From assembly GCF_900095195.1 (NCBI RefSeq), contig NZ_LT606950.1, forward strand, positions 486,164 through 518,163: a stretch of DNA of 32,000 nt, in the 5' to 3' direction. Position 1 is the first letter of the stretch; every line of letters starts with the position of its first letter. This stretch comes from Polynucleobacter necessarius (GTDB lineage: Bacteria > Pseudomonadota > Gammaproteobacteria > Burkholderiales > Burkholderiaceae). The translations under genes and the position numbers were made by a program. Below, piece after piece: positions 29,480-32,000 of the stretch. The notes under the pieces are model-generated. The model saw nothing but the letters and a program-made list of their open reading frames with translations. It was not told where the DNA came from and did not search any database.

Positions 29480-31698
29480 GCAACAGTCCCTTTTATTGCT
29501 CGCTATCGTAAAGAGGCAACTGGAGGGTTGGACGATGCTCAATTGCGTTTATTAGAAGAGCGTTTGGGATATCTGCGAGAGCTAGAAGAGTGACGCAAAA
29601 CCATCGTGGCCTCGATTGAAGAGCAGGGCAAGATGACGCCTGAGTTGCTCAAAGCCATCATGATGGCGAAAGATAAAATGCGTTTAGAAGATCTCTACTT
29701 ATCTTATAAACTAAGCGGAGAACCAAAGCGCAGATCGCCTTAGGGGCGGGTCTAGAGCCTCTGGCAAATGATTTATTGGCCAACCCAAATCTAGATCCCG
29801 AAATAGAAGCAGCGAAATATACTAAAGAGGCTTTTAAAACCGAGCAGGGCGATAATCCCGGAGTGCTAGATACTAAGGCCGCACTAAAGGGTGCTCGCCA
29901 AATATTGATGGGGCGATTTGCAGAGGATGCGGGTTTAGTTCAATCCTTGCGAAGCTATTTACAAGATCATGGTGTAGTTGAATCTAAAGTGATCGCAGGC
30001 AAAGAGCACGAGGGCGAGAAGTTTGCCGATTATTTTGACTACTCTGAGCCTATCAAAGCCGTTCCATCTCATCGTGCGTTAGCATTGTTTCGGGGTCGGC
30101 GTGAGCAGATATTAATGGTGAGTCTGCGCCTCGATAGCGAGGAAGAAAAGCCAAAATGGGATTCGCCACACAATCCATGTGAGCAGCGGATAGCCAATCA
30201 TTTCAAAATTAAAAATGAGGGTCGAGCGGATCCATGGTTAGCCGATACGGTTCGTTGGACGTGGCGTATTACAGCGCTGCGTGAACGGGCGGAGACTGAG
30301 GCGATTAACGTCTTTGCTCGTAACTTGAAGGACTTGTTATTGGCTGCTCCTGCCGGGCCTCGGGTTACTATTGGCTTAGATACCGGGATGCGAACTGGCG
30401 TGAAGGTTGCGGTTGTGGACGAGACTGGTAAGGTCGTTGATACCGATGTGATATACCCACATCAACCTAAAAATGACTGGACTGGCTCACTAATGACCCT
30501 GGCTAAGTTAGCCGAGAAGCATAAAGCAACGTTAATTTCGATTGGAAATCGTATGGCCTCAAGAGAAACGGATAAGTTGGCGCAAGATTTAATCAAGGCC
30601 AAACCTGAGCTTGGTCTTACCAAGATTGTGGTTTCGGAAGCGGGGGCTTCGGTATATTCTGCCTCTGAGTACGCATCAAAAGAATTGCCTGGAATGGATG
30701 TGTCGTTGCGTGGTGCGGTCTCTATTGCTCGCAGACTGCAAGATCCACTTGCCGAGCTTGTCAAAATTGATCCAAAGTCGATTGGTGTTGGCCAATACCG
30801 GCGCGATGTTATGCAAACCCAGCTCGCAAGAGCATTGGTAGCGGTAGTTGAGGATTGCGTAAATGCGGTTGGCGTTGATGTGAATACTGCCTCAGCCCCG
30901 TTATTGGCGAGAGTCTCAGGTTTGAGTTCAACGGTAGCCGAGGGAATCGTTGCCTATCGGGATAGTAAGGGCGCCTTTAAATCTAGATTGGACTTAATGA
31001 GCGTGCCGCGTCTTGGAGAGAAGACTTTTGAGCAGGCAGCGGGTTTCTTGCGAATTATGAATGGGCAAGATCCTTTGGATGCATCCGCGGTTCACCCTGA
31101 ATCCTATCCATTGGCTGAGAAAATCCTGAAAGATATCCAGAAGAATGTCAAAGAAGTCATCGGTGACGCCAATTTACTGCAGTCTTTATCCCCTGAGAAA
31201 TACGCTAATGGGCAGTTTGGTATCCCAACGGTCACCGATATTTTGAAAGAACTAGAAAAGCCGGGAAGGGATCCACGCCCGGAATTTACAACGGCTACTT
31301 TTAAAGAGGGCGTCGAAACGATCGGGGATCTGAAGACCGATATGATTTTGGAAGGTGTCGTGACCAACGTTGCCACATTTGGTGCATTCGTGGACATTGA
31401 AGTGCATCAAGATGGCCTCGTGCACATCTCGGCCCTATCTAATACCTTTGTTAAAGATCCCCATGCAGTAGTTAAAGCGGGTCAAAAGGTAAGGGTTCTG
31501 GAGGTTGATGAGAAGCGCAAACGTATTGCCTTAACCATGCGCTTATCGGATGAGGCTCCTAAGGCGGGAACAAAGCCAGAGCAAAAAATCCAGAACAGAC
31601 CAAAGCAAAGTGAAATTAAGCGACCTCAAGAAGATCGTAGACAAGCGGCCCCCATGAATAATGCAATGGCGATGGCTTTGGCCAAGCTCAAGAAGTAG
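29480..31698 (+). pseudogene. tex: Transcription accessory protein Tex (S1-domain), multiply disrupted
   Basis: - Homology starts abruptly at [37 protein letters not shown]. The first ~25-40 codons and any start are missing, and the typA terminator ends about 35 nt upstream.
- In-frame TGA at 29591-29593 (ELEE*R, compare ELEERR).
- 1-nt frameshift near 29711-29713 (YK|[30 protein letters not shown]).
- The remaining 640-aa ORF carries short in-frame deletions ([20 protein letters not shown]; [12 protein letters not shown]).
- It also has substitutions in blocks conserved in E. coli Tex (GLDTG for [14 protein letters not shown] for GNGTASRET, GQYRRDV for GQYQHDV). Confidence 0.85.
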
Positions 31699-31708
31699 TA
31701 TTTACAGT

Positions 31709-32000
31709 ATGAGTAAGGTCAATTCAGAAGGGGTTTCAGCATCGCGGGTGTATCTACCACCCGATCAATCCCATCTGAACTTATTGCAATTCTTTATTGC
31801 TCAATTTCCACACATTGACGCAGTTGAGTGGAAGAGTCGTTTCGCTGAAGGATTGATACTAGATGCTGATGGCCAAGTGTTAGCAGCGAATGATCCATAA
31901 CGTCCCAATACTCATCTACATTACTTCAGAAGATTGGCTCGTGAGCCTGAGATACCATTCGAGGAGCTCATACTCTTTCAGGATGAGCATTTGCTGGTTG
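31709..32000 (+). pseudogene. RluA-family pseudouridine synthase with an in-frame nonsense codon (3' end off window)
   Basis: ATG 31709: MSKVNSEGVSASRVYLPPDQSHLNLLQFFIAQFPHIDAVEWKSRFAEGLILDADGQVLAANDP, then TAA (31898-31900). The same frame continues RPNTHLHYFRRLAREPEIPFEELILFQDEHLLV, the conserved lead-in to the RluA-family catalytic domain. TAA most simply derives from a Tyr codon. Confidence 0.7.

Noticed and set aside
29369-29593. 74-aa ORF treated as a separate small gene
   Set aside because: Its 5' part overlaps the typA 3' end and terminator in another frame and is meaningless. Its 3' half is the Tex N-terminal block ([12 protein letters not shown]...), ended by the TGA lesion. I folded it into the tex pseudogene.
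1-32000. Search for CRISPR arrays, IS elements/transposases, integrases, phage genes, tRNA/rRNA genes and toxin-antitoxin pairs
   Set aside because: I found no direct-repeat/spacer periodicity, no terminal inverted repeats flanking an ORF, no recombinase-like ORF and no tRNA-like T-arm sequences by eye. The decay seen here appears to be driven by deletion and point mutation rather than by mobile elements, at least within this window.

Overview
32-kb chromosomal window. The proteins look betaproteobacterial (Burkholderiales-like) and the composition is AT-leaning. A Polynucleobacter-like organism is my guess, by inference only. I saw no CRISPR array, IS/transposase, integrase, phage gene, tRNA or rRNA.

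Intact genes, in order:
- An ATGA-coupled minus-strand trio: GT-C (ArnT/PMT-like) glycosyltransferase, BNR/sialidase-fold protein and a polytopic membrane protein.
- A flavocytochrome-c sulfide dehydrogenase pair (cytochrome c plus FccB/SoxF-like flavoprotein).
- A long TAXI-type TRAP solute receptor, a pirin and a CitE-like acyl-CoA lyase.
- fabI, divergent from a complete yejABEF-type peptide ABC importer.
- An NlpC/P60-family protein, then scpB-rluB.
- The classical rimP-nusA-infB-rbfA block, then typA.

The most notable signal is not a new gene system but a high density of gene relics between the intact core genes:
- psiE remnant
- two Bug/TctC fragments fused head to tail
- MmgE/PrpD gene with a large internal deletion
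- chrA remnant
- frameshifted patatin-like lipase
- truB lacking its catalytic-Asp motif and its 3' part
- tex lacking its 5' end and carrying a nonsense codon and a frameshift
- RluA-family pseudouridine synthase with a nonsense codon
- an NlpC/P60 ORF whose catalytic Cys codon reads Gly

This pattern fits ongoing reductive genome evolution.

Secondary points of interest are a promoter-hairpin-terminator leader directly abutting rimP (possible NusA-type attenuation or a small RNA) and the uncharacterised GT-C/BNR/membrane module. All homology statements come from my own reading of the translations. No database search was run.
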